From Candidatus Gastranaerophilales bacterium (lineage in GTDB: Bacteria; Cyanobacteriota; Vampirovibrionia; Gastranaerophilales; Gastranaerophilaceae): 64,000 nucleotides of DNA. The position numbers and the translations under genes were made by a program. Below are positions 55,974 through 64,000 of this stretch, one piece after another (the stretch's first letter is position 1; every line of letters begins with the position of its first letter). The stretch covers positions 331 through 64,330 of the forward strand of contig CALUVN010000001.1 in the NCBI GenBank assembly GCA_944324235.1. Direction: 5' to 3'. The notes under the pieces were generated by a model. It did not search any database. It saw nothing but the letters and a program-made list of their open reading frames with translations, and was not told where the DNA came from.

Positions 55974-57559
55974 ATTTTATAGATTTATTTACAAAAACCG
56001 AATACGATAATAAACCGTTTTTGAGAAAAGACGGCCACGATTTTACGCTTGCGGAAATCAAAAAATTTGTTGCATTTCAGATAGAAAATTTTTCGAAATC
56101 CGATAAACAAAATGTTGTACTTTTTGCTGATTCAAATTTTGATTTTATGATTAATTTTTTTGCCGCGGTTTTTGCGAAAAAGGACATTTTTTTACTCACT
56201 GATAAAAACAGATTAAATCAGCTTGATGTTGAATATATTTTGCCAGAAAAATTTTCAAAATTTGATACGGAAAATTATAAATTCCCGCTTATAAATCCGA
56301 AAGAAATTTTTATAACTTTATTCACATCAGGCTCAACTTTTTCTCCGAAAAAAATTAAAAAAACATTGTATAATGTGTTTGCAGAAAGTGATGATATCTA
56401 TGAACAATTTTACAGTGATTATCCGCCTGAAACACTTGTTGTTGCGACAACAAATCCGGCACACATGTTCAGTTTGACTTTTTATTTTATACTGCCTTTT
56501 AATAACGGCTATCTAATTGATACTGAAAGAGTAGTTTTTCCTGAAGAATTGGATTTGAAAAAAAATTATATTCTGATTTCAACACCGGCATTTCTTGATA
56601 GAATTATCGACTATAAATTAAAAAGTTTTCCTGAAATAATTTTTACTGCAGGCTCAAAATTGAAACAAAAAACTTTTGAAATTTTTGAAAAAAATTCAAA
56701 AGTTGTTGACATTTACGGCAGCACGGAAACTTCAACAATTGCATTCAGAACAAACTCGCAAGATGAAAAATTGACTCTTATAAATAATGTAAAATTGGAT
56801 ACAACGGCAGATGTTATTACGGCAAAGTCAGAATATTTTTTGCCTGATTATCTTACTATTGCAGATGCGTATGAAATGGTAAATGAAAAACAATTTATTT
56901 TGAAAAATCGTACCGACAGAATTGTGAAAATTTTGGAAAAAAGAATCTCTTTAAACGAAATCGAAAATATCCTGAACAGACATGAATTTGTACAGAATAA
57001 TTACTGTTTAAAATATGAGGATAACCTTGCGGCTGCAGTTGTTTTGAATGAAAAAGGCAAAGAATTTTTTCTGAAAAACGGAAAGTTTAAAACTGTTAAT
57101 GAAATTAAAAATTTCTGTAAAAATTTTTCAGAAATTCCGCCGAAAAAATGGAAAATTTTATACGAAATTCCTGTAACGGAATGCGGCAAAATTAATAAAG
57201 AAAAAATTGAAAAAATATTCGAATTAAACTTATCTTATCCGTTTATAATTTCAAAAAATGTTAATCAAAATTCAGCGGAATTAAAATTGATTTTTACAAA
57301 AAAATCTAATTTTTTTGACGGACATTTTGAAAATTTTCCTATTGTTCCGGGGGTAGTTCAATTATTTTTTGCAGATTATTTTGCAGAAGATATTTTTGCT
57401 CAAAAACTTCCGCTTGAAGATATCAAAAAAATTAAATTTTCGAACATTATTTTGCCGGACGTTCCTGTCAATCTGGTATTAAAAAATAACGAAAAAAATA
57501 TAGAATTTACCTACCTGTCGGATGACAAAATATTTTCATCAGGTATATTCGTAAAATGA
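55970..57559 (+). CDS. AMP-dependent synthetase/ligase fused to a C-terminal hot-dog dehydratase (ApeH-ApeI-like fusion)
   Basis: Adenylation motifs are LFTSGSTFSPKKI, DIYGSTETS, NRTDRIVKILEKRISLNEIE and IPVTECGKINK. The C-terminal FFDGHFENFPIVPGVV is the FabA/Z signature. The start ATG 55970 overlaps the previous stop (ATGA). Confidence 0.8.
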   Translation: MNFIDLFTKTEYDNKPFLRKDGHDFTLAEIKKFVAFQIENFSKSDKQNVVLFADSNFDFMINFFAAVFAKKDIFLLTDKNRLNQLDVEYILPEKFSKFDTENYKFPLINPKEIFITLFTSGSTFSPKKIKKTLYNVFAESDDIYEQFYSDYPPETLVVATTNPAHMFSLTFYFILPFNNGYLIDTERVVFPEELDLKKNYILISTPAFLDRIIDYKLKSFPEIIFTAGSKLKQKTFEIFEKNSKVVDIYGSTETSTIAFRTNSQDEKLTLINNVKLDTTADVITAKSEYFLPDYLTIADAYEMVNEKQFILKNRTDRIVKILEKRISLNEIENILNRHEFVQNNYCLKYEDNLAAAVVLNEKGKEFFLKNGKFKTVNEIKNFCKNFSEIPPKKWKILYEIPVTECGKINKEKIEKIFELNLSYPFIISKNVNQNSAELKLIFTKKSNFFDGHFENFPIVPGVVQLFFADYFAEDIFAQKLPLEDIKKIKFSNIILPDVPVNLVLKNNEKNIEFTYLSDDKIFSSGIFVK

Positions 57560-57589
57560 TGAAAAGCAATTAGGGAAAAGAGGTTTATA

Positions 57590-58006
57590 ATGGTAAAATT
57601 TGAATCGTCATTAATTATAGAAATTCCGTTTTATGACTTAGATCCGATGAATGTAGTGTGGCACGGAAATTATATTAAATATCTCGAAGAAGCAAGATGC
57701 GAGATGTTTAAAAATTTAAAATATACATATTGTGATATGCGTGATGACGGAGTGGCATATCCTATTGCAAAAATGGATTTAAAATTCATAAAATCCTGCC
57801 ATTTCGGACAGAAAATAAAAGTTACAACCTTGCTTGAAGATATAGAACCGTGTATAATTATAAAGTATCTTATTACCGATGCTGACACGGGAGAGAGTAT
57901 TTTGAAAGCAAAGAGTATGCAGATAGGTGTTAATGCTTTGTCCGGCGAAAGTATTTATCAGGCTCCGGAAAGGCTGAAGAAAATTTGTGAGGAGTGTAGA
58001 GTTTAG
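57590..58006 (+). CDS. 4HBT/YbgC-type acyl thioesterase (ApeK-like)
   Basis: IPFYDLDPMNVVWHGNYIKYLEEAR. 138 aa. Confidence 0.8.
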   Translation: MVKFESSLIIEIPFYDLDPMNVVWHGNYIKYLEEARCEMFKNLKYTYCDMRDDGVAYPIAKMDLKFIKSCHFGQKIKVTTLLEDIEPCIIIKYLITDADTGESILKAKSMQIGVNALSGESIYQAPERLKKICEECRV

Positions 58007-58009
58007 ATT

Positions 58010-58519
58010 ATGAAAAAGTTTTTATTAATTTTGCTGGTAAGTTTTATATGTGTGAATTCAGTAATGGCTTTTGGAAGCAGAAAAAATGCAAGAGAAATTG
58101 CAGAACAAATTCCTGAGCTGAAAAATATTTCTTGTAAATTTACGCAGAAAAAAATTCAGGAGGATTTGGTGTTAAACTCCGGAGGAAATTTCAAATTTAT
58201 ATCGGATAAAGGCGTTGTTTTTGAGACACTTTATCCTATAAAAATGATTACAACATACAATTCTCCGCGTAACAAACACATCAATGATATAATACTTGCT
58301 GTTTCCAAAAAAGATTACACTTATCTTGATAAAAATTTTGATTTGGATTTCACAAAACTTGACGAAAGATGGCAGCTTGTTTTAAATCCGAAAAAAGATG
58401 TAATCAAACAACATTTGCATAGTGTGGTTATTGACGGGAATTCAGGAATTGACAGGATTTATATTGACACTGTAAACAGCGGACAAACCGAAATTTTATT
58501 TGATTGTGAGAAAGAGTAA
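58010..58519 (+). CDS. LolA-like lipoprotein/lipid carrier (ApeL-like)
   Basis: A signal peptide, then ISCKFTQKK...GGNFKF, the LolA-like beginning. 169 aa. Confidence 0.6.
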   Translation: MKKFLLILLVSFICVNSVMAFGSRKNAREIAEQIPELKNISCKFTQKKIQEDLVLNSGGNFKFISDKGVVFETLYPIKMITTYNSPRNKHINDIILAVSKKDYTYLDKNFDLDFTKLDERWQLVLNPKKDVIKQHLHSVVIDGNSGIDRIYIDTVNSGQTEILFDCEKE

Positions 58520-60651
58520 TGAAAAAGTTTTTAAGAATTTTATTTGTCGGAATTTTTCTTATTCTGGCAATAATGTCACTTAGTCACCCGATAAAAACAG
58601 AGACAAATATTTTACGTACTGTAGTCTCGGAAAAGAATACGGATCTTCTGGATTTGAGTAATCTTTATTCAGCCAAAATTAACATTTTGGTAGAAGGCGA
58701 AGAGCCTGAAGAAGTAAGTGAAACTGCTGATAAATTTAATGAATCTGCCCTTGAAAATAATTTGAAATCAATATCGGTTGACGGTAATAAAATTCTTGAA
58801 TTATATAAAGATGCAAGAGCAGGATTGCTTTCTGCAAATACAGCAAAACTTCTTGAAAAAAATGATTACGAAAAAGTAAAAGAAAATACAATTGAAATGA
58901 TTTATAACCCGCTGGGTTTTTCATTATTAAAACCTGAGGAAGATCCGTTCTTACTCTTTACTGATTATATTGCAAATCTTGGAGACAATATCAATCCTGA
59001 CGGAATTATTAATTATGAAGATAAATATTACAGAATTTTGAATTATGAATTTGATAAAGATATTTCACTTTCTCCTTCTTTATTAAATAAACGTGTGAAA
59101 AAAATTATCGGAATTCAAAAACAGCTTTCAGTAAACGGAGTTAATGTATATCTTACAGGGACGCCTGTTCATTCCTATTATGCAAGCAGCCGTTCCATGA
59201 TGGAAATTAATATTATATGTGTATTGTCCGCGATTTTTGTAATATTTTTATGTTTAACTTATTTCAAAAATATAAGTGTGTTGATACCTGTGGCATCGAG
59301 TTTATTACTCGGGGGGACTGCAGGATTTTTTGTTACATCATTGATGTTTCCTTCAATTCACGTTTTGACTTTTGTTTTTTCAACAACATTGATAGGAATT
59401 TCAGTTGATTATTCGCTGCATTTTTTCGTGTCTAAAACAAAAGAAAAAACAGGCGATGAAGTGTTGAAAGAAATTTTTAAAAGTTTGTCGGTTAGTTTAT
59501 TAACAACTATTTCCGCGTTTCTTGTTTTATTCTTTTCGCATATGGAATTGCTTAAACAAATTGCAGCGTTTACAGTTACGGGACTTATAACAGTTTATTT
59601 GTTTGTTGTGTTATTTTATCCTGTTATTTGTAAAAAAATTGATGTAAATAATTCAAGTGAAAATCCGCGTTGGAATTTTATTTTTTCTCCTGCAACAAGA
59701 AAAATAATAATGATAATTTTAGGAATTATTACAATATCAGGCTTATTTTTCACAACAACTAATGATGATATCAGAAGTATGTATAAACCTTCCAAAAAAT
59801 TAATGCAGGCAGAAACATTATTTGCAAATGTTGTGGGTATTAATCCGAAAACTTCTTTTGTGGTTGTAGAAGGGAAAAATTTGCAGGATGTTCTGGAAAA
59901 AGAGGAGCACATTACTGAAATTATAGGGGCAACAAAATATCAGGCTATAAGTAAATTTATTCCTTCAAAAAGTAAACAGGCAAAAAACAGAGCATTAATG
60001 CAAAAGTTATATGATACGGAAATCTCTCCGTACACATCGGCATTAAAAGCTAGTTCGAAAGTTCCTGCCGGAGACTATCTTGTATATGATAAAGAGTCTT
60101 TCCCGTTTCTTGAAGGGTTCTTTTTAGATGAAAATAAGACTCTTATGATTTTGTATGATTTTGATAAACCTGAACTGCTTTCAGACATAGACGGAGTTGA
60201 ATATTACAATATACAACAGGATATTTCCAATCTGGTAAAAGAATGCAGAGTAAATTGTGCAAAACTTCTTATTCCGGTATTTATTTTATTATTTGGATTG
60301 CTTGCTGTTATTTACAAACCGAAAAATGCGTTAAAAATTATTTTGCCGCCGCTTTGTGCGTGTATTTTTACGATAGGACTTCTGGGACTTTTGCATATCA
60401 GCTTGAACCTTTTCCACATAATTGCAATGTTCTTAATAATAGGTTTCAGTCTGGATTATTCCGTTTTCAGATTTAACGGTAAAAAACTCGTGAGCGATGC
60501 AGTATTTATGTCCTGTATGACCAGCGTATTTTCGTTTATGCTGCTGGCATTTACAGGTTTTAAACTGATAAGTTCTCTCGGGTTTGTTTTATCTGTCGGA
60601 CTTTTAAGTTCATATATTTTGAGTTTACTTTTGATATCAAAAGAAGAATAA
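58519..60651 (+). CDS. MMPL/RND-superfamily exporter (ApeM-like)
   Basis: 710 aa. Two 5-6 TM bundles are each preceded by a soluble loop. Contains GISVDYSLHF and GFSLDYSVF. Confidence 0.8.
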   Translation: MKKFLRILFVGIFLILAIMSLSHPIKTETNILRTVVSEKNTDLLDLSNLYSAKINILVEGEEPEEVSETADKFNESALENNLKSISVDGNKILELYKDARAGLLSANTAKLLEKNDYEKVKENTIEMIYNPLGFSLLKPEEDPFLLFTDYIANLGDNINPDGIINYEDKYYRILNYEFDKDISLSPSLLNKRVKKIIGIQKQLSVNGVNVYLTGTPVHSYYASSRSMMEINIICVLSAIFVIFLCLTYFKNISVLIPVASSLLLGGTAGFFVTSLMFPSIHVLTFVFSTTLIGISVDYSLHFFVSKTKEKTGDEVLKEIFKSLSVSLLTTISAFLVLFFSHMELLKQIAAFTVTGLITVYLFVVLFYPVICKKIDVNNSSENPRWNFIFSPATRKIIMIILGIITISGLFFTTTNDDIRSMYKPSKKLMQAETLFANVVGINPKTSFVVVEGKNLQDVLEKEEHITEIIGATKYQAISKFIPSKSKQAKNRALMQKLYDTEISPYTSALKASSKVPAGDYLVYDKESFPFLEGFFLDENKTLMILYDFDKPELLSDIDGVEYYNIQQDISNLVKECRVNCAKLLIPVFILLFGLLAVIYKPKNALKIILPPLCACIFTIGLLGLLHISLNLFHIIAMFLIIGFSLDYSVFRFNGKKLVSDAVFMSCMTSVFSFMLLAFTGFKLISSLGFVLSVGLLSSYILSLLLISKEE

Positions 60652-61127
60652 CTTTTTATGGCGAGCATAAAGTTATTAATTTTAAAAACGGCGCATGATT
60701 TTTCAGGTGTCTGCAGCTTAATTCCGGCTTCAAGTTCTGTCCAGAATCTGTAAAAATATTCTGCATCGGGATTTTTTATTCCTAGTTTGTAATACTTAAA
60801 TATTTCATCAAATTTTCTGTTTTTCATAAATTCGATATCTGCGCCTACCGGTGCAGTATCAAAGGCTGCAAGAATAATATTTTTGGAATGCGAGATACTG
60901 AAATTTATATCAGAATATTTGAATCGGGGTTTTTTATTGACGATTTCAATTTCAGGATTTTGAATATTAAATCTTGTTTGTGCAACATATTTTACCAGAA
61001 ATCTTCCAAGACAAAATTGAATCTTTTGTTTTTCTGATTTAAAAGATTTTTTTTCAAGAAAAATATCCAGCGATTTCAAATCGAGGTTTGTCAAAAAGGT
61101 GTCAGAATTAATATAAAAAATTTCCAT
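60456..61127 (-). CDS. Sfp-type 4'-phosphopantetheinyl transferase
   Basis: FSISHS, GADIEF and FWTELEAGIK, which matches the (W/F)xxKE(A/S)xxK motif. The last 64 or so codons are antisense to the MMPL 3' end. Confidence 0.7.
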   Translation of the reverse strand: MEIFYINSDTFLTNLDLKSLDIFLEKKSFKSEKQKIQFCLGRFLVKYVAQTRFNIQNPEIEIVNKKPRFKYSDINFSISHSKNIILAAFDTAPVGADIEFMKNRKFDEIFKYYKLGIKNPDAEYFYRFWTELEAGIKLQTPEKSCAVFKINNFMLAIKSYSSFDIKSKLKIYELKSPTDKTNPRELISLKPVNASSINENTLVIQDINTASLTSFLPLNLKTE

Positions 61128-61144
61128 GCTATAATTTTAATATC

Positions 61145-62224
61145 ATGACAGGAGAAAATGCAACAAATTTAAGATATAGAAGAGAGCGTAAAAGAGGTTC
61201 ATCAAGTGTGGAAGCTCTGACAAAGGCACAGGAAATAGCATTTGCACCGTTTACATTTCAGGCGGCAGGTGTTCTTCTGGAGCTTGGAATTTTAAAATAT
61301 ATAGACGAAACACCTGCTTCAATCGGGGATATAGTGAGAGATTGCAGAGTTTCGGAATATACGGTGTCAACTTTGTTTGATGTTGCCGAATGCGCAGGAA
61401 TTGTTGCATGCGAGGACGGAAAGTACACCGCAACAAAAGTAGGGCAGGCCTTTTTGTACGATGAGATGACAAGGGTTAATTTTAATTTTGTAAAAGATGT
61501 TTGTTATCTCGGTGCATCAGAACTTTTGAATTCTTTTCAGACAGCTGAACCTTGCGGACTTCATAAATTTTTAGGGAATTATCCGACGATATATCCCGCA
61601 CTTACAAAACTTCCGCCTCAGATGCAAAAAAGCTGGTATGAATTTGACCATTATTATTCGGATGGTTGTTTTGAAGAAGTTTTGAAAATCATATTCAAGG
61701 ACAATCCCGAAGAGATTTTTGATATAGGCGGAAATACAGGCAAGTTTGAAAAAGCCTGCCTTGCTTATGACGAAAAATGTAAGGTAACAATGCTTGATTT
61801 GCCTGAAAATATTGACAGAGCAAAGCAAAATATCAACTCTTCCAGATGTAATTTTTGCGGGATTAATGTAGTTGATAAAAGTTATACATACCCGAAATTC
61901 TGCGGGGCTGTTTTTATGAGCCAGTTTCTGGATTGTTTTTCAAAAGAACAAATTCTGTATATTCTTTCAAATATTTGCGAAAACATGGCTGATGATACAA
62001 AAATTTATATACTGGAACCGTTTATTGATAATCAAATATTCCGCGGTGCGGCATATTCATTGACGCATATATCTCTGTATTTTACCTGTATGGCAAACGG
62101 CAAAAGCAAAATGTATAAAAAATCCGATATGGAAAAACTTATTGAAGATTCAGGACTTAAAGTTTCCTCCGAATACAGAATAAGTTCTCATGATTATACT
62201 CTTCTGGAGTGTGTTAAGGCATGA
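61145..62224 (+). CDS. Class I SAM-dependent (O-)methyltransferase with N-terminal winged-helix dimerisation domain (ApeB-like)
   Basis: SAM motif I IFDIGGNTGKF and acidic loop VTMLDLPE. Confidence 0.75.
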   Translation: MTGENATNLRYRRERKRGSSSVEALTKAQEIAFAPFTFQAAGVLLELGILKYIDETPASIGDIVRDCRVSEYTVSTLFDVAECAGIVACEDGKYTATKVGQAFLYDEMTRVNFNFVKDVCYLGASELLNSFQTAEPCGLHKFLGNYPTIYPALTKLPPQMQKSWYEFDHYYSDGCFEEVLKIIFKDNPEEIFDIGGNTGKFEKACLAYDEKCKVTMLDLPENIDRAKQNINSSRCNFCGINVVDKSYTYPKFCGAVFMSQFLDCFSKEQILYILSNICENMADDTKIYILEPFIDNQIFRGAAYSLTHISLYFTCMANGKSKMYKKSDMEKLIEDSGLKVSSEYRISSHDYTLLECVKA

Positions 62225-63132
62225 GATGGTATCAGGTAAAAGAGCAGGCGGCAGGCATAAAAAGACTGATGCTGATGTATCATATTTATTGCATTGCAGG
62301 TAAAAAAGCCGTTAAATTTATTACGTTTTTTGTAACATTTTTTGCTTTTATTTTTGCTCCGCAAATTAGATATTATTCTAAAAAATATTTGCATCAAGTC
62401 GGGGTAAAACCGACTTTAAAAAATCAATTTCTGCATTTTTTATCCTATGCAAATATTCTGATTGATAATATGGAAACATTTATAAACAAATTCAATCCGG
62501 CAAATATTACCTTTGCGGATGAAGATACAAAAAATAATTTCTTTAATATTGTAAGAGAAAAAAAAGGCGGATTCTTAATAAGTTCACATCTTGGCAATAT
62601 TCATGTTCTGCGTTCTTTTTTGAGCGCGGAATACAATAAATATAATGTGCATGTGAATATATTTTTGAGCGAAACTCAATGTAAAATATTTAATGAATTT
62701 ATAAGACGTATAATGCTGCCTCAAAATGATGTTACAACATATCCGGTTGAACAAATTACCATAGGTACACCTATTGAAATTAAAGAAAAAATAGATCGGG
62801 GAGAACTTGTTTTTATTGCAGGCGACCGTGTTTCAGAAACAGGTTCTACGGTGTTCGGTACAGAATTTCTCGGCCGCAGGGTAGAATTTCCTCTTGGAAC
62901 ATTTACTTTTGCAAAACTTATGGATTGCCCTGTTTTTTTTATAGTGCTGGTTAAAACTGATGGCGATAAATACACAGTTTATCTTGAGAAAGCTCCTGAA
63001 AATCAAAATGAGATGCAATCGGCCTATGTTAAATTTTTAGAAAAACTTACACGCCGTTATCCGCTGCAATTTTATCATTTTTATGATATATTTGTAGACG
63101 GTAAAACAGGAGATGAAGATGAACTGCATTAA
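62221..63132 (+). CDS. LpxL/HtrB-like lipid acyltransferase family protein
   Basis: An N-terminal TM, then GGFLISSHLGNIHV (cf. the H.GNxE motif). 4-nt overlap with the methyltransferase gene. Confidence 0.5.
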   Translation: MRWYQVKEQAAGIKRLMLMYHIYCIAGKKAVKFITFFVTFFAFIFAPQIRYYSKKYLHQVGVKPTLKNQFLHFLSYANILIDNMETFINKFNPANITFADEDTKNNFFNIVREKKGGFLISSHLGNIHVLRSFLSAEYNKYNVHVNIFLSETQCKIFNEFIRRIMLPQNDVTTYPVEQITIGTPIEIKEKIDRGELVFIAGDRVSETGSTVFGTEFLGRRVEFPLGTFTFAKLMDCPVFFIVLVKTDGDKYTVYLEKAPENQNEMQSAYVKFLEKLTRRYPLQFYHFYDIFVDGKTGDEDELH

Positions 63133-64000
63133 TTTGGTTATTGATGAGGAGAAATGTATCCGCTGCGGACTCTGCGTAAAGGACTGCACCGCAGGAGTGC
63201 TTGAACAGGCAGAAAATGAAGTGCCTAAAATCGCTGAAAACGGCGAAAAAAGATGTATTAAATGTCAGCATTGTCTGGCAGTTTGTCCGACAGGCGCGCT
63301 TTCAATTTTCGGGAAAAATCCTCAGGATTCCGATTCAATAAGAGAAGTCAACAGCGATGATGTTTTAAATCTAATCAAAAGCCGCAGAAGTTACAGACAT
63401 TACAAACAGGAAAATCTTGATAAAGAAACTATGGATAAGCTGAAAAATATGCTTAACTGGGTTCCGACAGGATGTAACAACCACCGTCTGCATTTTGCAT
63501 TTATTGATGATATTGCGGTAATGAATGATTTTAGAGGATATGTTACAAGTACTCTCATAAAAATTCTCACCAAAACTCCGGTTAAACCTATTATGGATAA
63601 ATTCGGCAAATATAAAAATTCATTTTTGAACGGTGAAGACGTAATTTTTAGAGGATCGCCTCACCTTATTGTTGCCTGCACTCCTATTGATGCGCCGTGC
63701 GCGGATATTGACCCTATAATAGCCTTGAGTTATTTTGAACTTTATGCACAAAGTTTGAATGTAGCAACTGTATGGTGCGGGTTTGCTGCAATATGTTTTA
63801 AAATGTTTCCGGAATTATGCAGTCAGCTTAAAATTCCTGACGGCTACAAAGCGTCTTATGTTATGCTTTTCGGGCCGCGTGATATTAAATATGCAAGAAC
63901 AACACAGCCTGAGCCGTATACGATTTCTACGGCAGAAAAGGGCGGCAGAAATAATATGAATATAGTCGATAAAGTTAAAAGATATTTTTGGAATTTCATC
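63119..64000 (+). CDS. 2x[4Fe-4S] ferredoxin domain fused to a nitroreductase-family domain (3' end beyond window)
   Basis: Not in the track because it has no in-window stop. My translation is MNCINLVIDEEKCIRCGLCVKDCTAG...RCIKCQHCLAVCPTGAL...IKSRRSYRHYKQE...PHLIVAC... The start overlaps the preceding gene by 14 nt. Confidence 0.75.
   Translation, partial: MNCINLVIDEEKCIRCGLCVKDCTAGVLEQAENEVPKIAENGEKRCIKCQHCLAVCPTGALSIFGKNPQDSDSIREVNSDDVLNLIKSRRSYRHYKQENLDKETMDKLKNMLNWVPTGCNNHRLHFAFIDDIAVMNDFRGYVTSTLIKILTKTPVKPIMDKFGKYKNSFLNGEDVIFRGSPHLIVACTPIDAPCADIDPIIALSYFELYAQSLNVATVWCGFAAICFKMFPELCSQLKIPDGYKASYVMLFGPRDIKYARTTQPEPYTISTAEKGGRNNMNIVDKVKRYFWNFI

Noticed and set aside
1849-63609. Many short ORFs in the track lie antisense to, or out of frame within, well-supported genes. 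Examples are 1849..2073, 3818..4060, 5648..6100, 5670..6056, 18000..18422, 21653..22039, 42140..42493, 52926..53282 and 55031..55267.
   Set aside because: They are fully embedded in longer ORFs that carry clear family motifs. Their translations are low-complexity or Cys/Phe/Ser-rich, as is typical of antisense frames in AT-rich DNA. They have no SD or independent support.
1-64000. I searched for tRNA, rRNA, tmRNA, RNase P, CRISPR repeats, IS elements or transposases and toxin-antitoxin pairs.
   Set aside because: I saw no cloverleaf-capable or conserved RNA signatures in the intergenic regions, no regularly spaced direct repeats and no transposase-like ORFs. The lone 68-aa XRE protein has no adjacent partner gene.

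Overview
This is a 64-kb AT-rich, gene-dense bacterial chromosomal segment with about 70 protein-coding genes on both strands. I found no rRNA, tRNA, CRISPR array, IS element or prophage. LolA-like, TPR/signal-peptide and RseP features suggest a diderm organism, but I cannot assign a taxon from sequence alone.

Recognisable housekeeping genes are engB (partial), a XerC/D-type recombinase, tdk, ispF, pcrA, nudF, a Cof-type HAD, a parvulin, beta-carbonic anhydrase, clpB, Pit plus its DUF47/PhoU-like partner, an AraC-controlled flavoprotein/aldo-keto-reductase/flavodoxin islet, maa, ogt, rseP, a nitrilase-family hydrolase, a CDF exporter, an AlkD-like protein, mntP with DUF4127, ubiE/menG, a 2-hydroxyacid dehydrogenase, hsp20, pncC/cinA, dnaB and ferritin. 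About a dozen orphan proteins are interspersed among them.

Three things stand out:
1. The divergent intergenic region at 15.3-15.8 kb holds back-to-back consensus-like promoters. Each drives a tiny leader ORF with a homopolymeric codon run (8 consecutive Ser on the minus strand; 10 Met in 22 codons on the plus strand). Each leader is followed by mutually exclusive helices and an intrinsic terminator, directly upstream of two paralogous orphan multi-pass membrane proteins. This looks like paired amino-acid-sensing attenuators of a kind not among the classical examples.
2. 50.2-63.1 kb is an aryl-polyene (APE)-type type II PKS/FAS-like lipid cluster. It has non-canonical features: an adenylase-dehydratase fusion, an embedded Sfp-type PPTase overlapping the MMPL exporter antisense by 196 bp, a 16-bp perfect palindrome in a 38-bp divergent promoter gap, and a coupled ferredoxin-nitroreductase.
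3. Many orphan proteins lack a Sec signal but share a short polar N-terminus with a P-x(1-3)-F-[KTQS]-[GSA]-like signature. Their bodies include GH13-like, SLT+EF-hand, JAB-like, GNAT-like and kinase-like folds. This may be a modular targeting signal.

All functional calls come from motif recognition by eye. No database search was run.
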